A DNA stretch of 64,000 nucleotides. It comes from Lingula anatina (Eukaryota; Animalia; Brachiopoda). The position numbers and the translations under genes are program-made. Positions 62,097 through 64,000 of the stretch are shown in pieces. The DNA is taken from contig CM120646.1 of NCBI GenBank assembly GCA_051362555.1, forward strand, positions 7,068,001-7,132,000, in the 5' to 3' direction. Each line of letters begins with the position of its first letter. Positions within the stretch are counted from its first letter, which is position 1. Under the pieces are notes generated by a model, which did no database searches, was not told the DNA's origin, and saw only the letters and a list, made by a program, of their open reading frames with translations.

Positions 62097-64000
62097 CTGG
62101 AATGGATAAGTAGCAGGATAAGTATACCAGCAAAGAACATATGGTAACGGTGCATCTGTGTGATATGCATTCATTGTCAGTTAACTGGAGCCTTTCATAA
62201 AATGACTAACTAGAAAAAAGTCAGATATATTATGCACACTTTAGTCTTTTCTACGTTAGACTAATTCTGATTTATACGGGAAGTTATACTGAAACCTGAC
62301 AATAGCAATGGTTGCACTCTTATGGTCAAAGGAGGAAAAGGCAGAAATTGCAATGTTAAAAAATTAAGATCATCCAATTTAAAAGCACACTTAAGTTCCA
62401 CAATGCACATGCACACCCCCGATGATAGGCCCATCAATCTCCAAAAGTTTCAACTTCCTCACTCTAATGGTCTAAAAGGAGTTAACAGAAATTACAATGT
62501 AAAAAGAATTTTAATTCTCACAAGAATCAACCACCCCCAGCACTGAAACGCTTAAGTGCCCATGCGCTCACACGCATTTATATATATCGGTATGCTTTTA
62601 TATAAAAAACGCGTTTGAACTCACTAATATGCAAATTTACTGAAAAAATCCTTGAACTCAAATGTATCCAGTGTTTGCCACTTAGGAAAATAATTTGCTG
62701 GTTCCGATGAGGAGCTTGACCTAAAAGATGCTGGACTAAACATTCTACGGGTGGGCGGGAAAGGGGGAAGAAGGGGGTTGCCTCCCCCCCCCCTCTGTAC
62801 GCGGTGGGGGTTTGGTGGAACTCCCCTTGAAAAGTTTGAAAATTTGAAGTAAAATGGTAAGTTTCGGTAGTATTTCACCTGCATGTGCATTATAAATTAA
62901 CGGGTATTAACGGGAACACTACATTTTTAATCTTTTTTTCAAAAGTTATGAATACTCTTGGAAATAAAAAAAACAACATTTTTATCATCACTTCTCATTG
63001 CCAAAAAGGTTCATTTAAGGTCATATATCTACCAGCCGTTAGCCCTGACGAGTACATCTCTCAATTGTCACAGTTACAGTTAAATAATTAATGAACCTTT
63101 TAAATCAAGAACTTGATGTTAAACTGTTAGTAAGCGTAAGGTTACTCAAATCTTTTAATGGTAAATTTCTAGAGTGATCACTGTCACTGCCACCACTGTC
63201 AAACAGTGAGTCATAGTCACTGACATTTTGATGTGACGGGTATCTGGCTGATTAGAGCAACTGTTTGTATTACGATCTGCAGGGCCGGCCAGCCATGGCC
63301 TTGTCAACAAAAATTATCCATGGAAATTAACTTTTCCCAGGCTAACCGCAAGGGCCTTCGCCTGGAAAGTTCATATTATTTGCTTCTTCTATTTTTAAGG
63401 GAGCTAAAGGTCTTTTTTGCCTCCATTCCCACTACTCGGAGCGGCGGAAATTTTTTAGAAAGCGAACGTGTCATAAACTAATACGACCTACTTAAAAACA
63501 TGTAAAGTCGCAGTGCTTGGGTTTTAATTATACATATTTCGGTTGAAATACCCTTTGAAAACAAATAAATAAATTGCCGAAGCACACAACACTTTACTTG
63601 GTAGAACAAATTTGGAATACAAAACATTTTTTATGGTTGTTCCCAATCATTTATTTCTTCTTTTATATTACCCCTTTTTTTCAAGTTTTCCTCAACCACG
63701 TTTTTTTCCAAGAGAGTAATGCATGGGCATGCGCATGCTTCAAGATTTTGAACTAACCATTCGAGGCAACCATAGTCTCATGACATCTACTGTAACCAAA
63801 TTTAATTTTAGTAAGAAAGTCACAAAATACTGCCACAGTCAAAGTAAGGAGATCGTCGACGAAATTTTGAAAAGAAAAAATTAGATACCCGTGTGCTCTA
63901 GTATACTTTTAAAAATACACATATATATTGACCAATGTTTTCATGATTATATTTCCCTGTTCTGTATGACAACCGATTGTGCCGTACCGACACGTCCTGT

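Larger units (their letters stand above)
46245..63990 (+). repeat. ~11-kb tandem segmental duplication containing the VWD genes
   Basis: 46245-52790 aligns colinearly with 57045-63990 across exons, introns and 3' flank. Confidence 0.95.

Noticed and set aside
158-64000. G-alpha, TNFR-like and VWD genes as one functionally coupled system
   Set aside because: Shared strand and proximity are not evidence of co-function in an animal genome; conserved synteny or co-expression data would be needed.

Overview
AT-rich, intron-containing animal DNA, probably from a marine invertebrate (the species cannot be fixed from sequence alone). No prokaryotic features, rRNA, tRNA or CRISPR array were seen. Four spliced genes, all on the minus strand, were rebuilt by hand from splice sites and reading phase. 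(1) The 5' part of a divergent Gs-class G-protein alpha gene (exons 2626/2584-2440, 600-528, 212-158, running off the left edge). It has an atypical P-loop (GTGEAGKST), four perfect CRE palindromes upstream and a candidate distal TATA-driven non-coding exon near 15 kb. (2) A complete 5-exon, 199-aa type I membrane protein (30219-25200) with one BCMA/TACI/Grindelwald-like Cys-rich domain, a Thr-rich stalk, a TM helix, a TRAF6-type motif and a C-terminal PDZ-type motif. The ORF track largely misses it. (3, 4) Two tandem paralogs in an ~11-kb duplication encoding small secreted single-VWD-domain proteins (copy 1 complete at 53600-48768; exon 1 of copy 2 lies beyond the right edge). The intergenic DNA is dense in transposon debris: Harbinger-type and 5-bp-TSD MITEs, a palindromic Tc1 carrying two transposase 3' ends, a Helentron-type HINE, a Tx1/L1 remnant, an L2-type tail, Penelope remnants with a hammerhead motif, local duplications and microsatellites. 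All family assignments come from motif recognition, not database searches.
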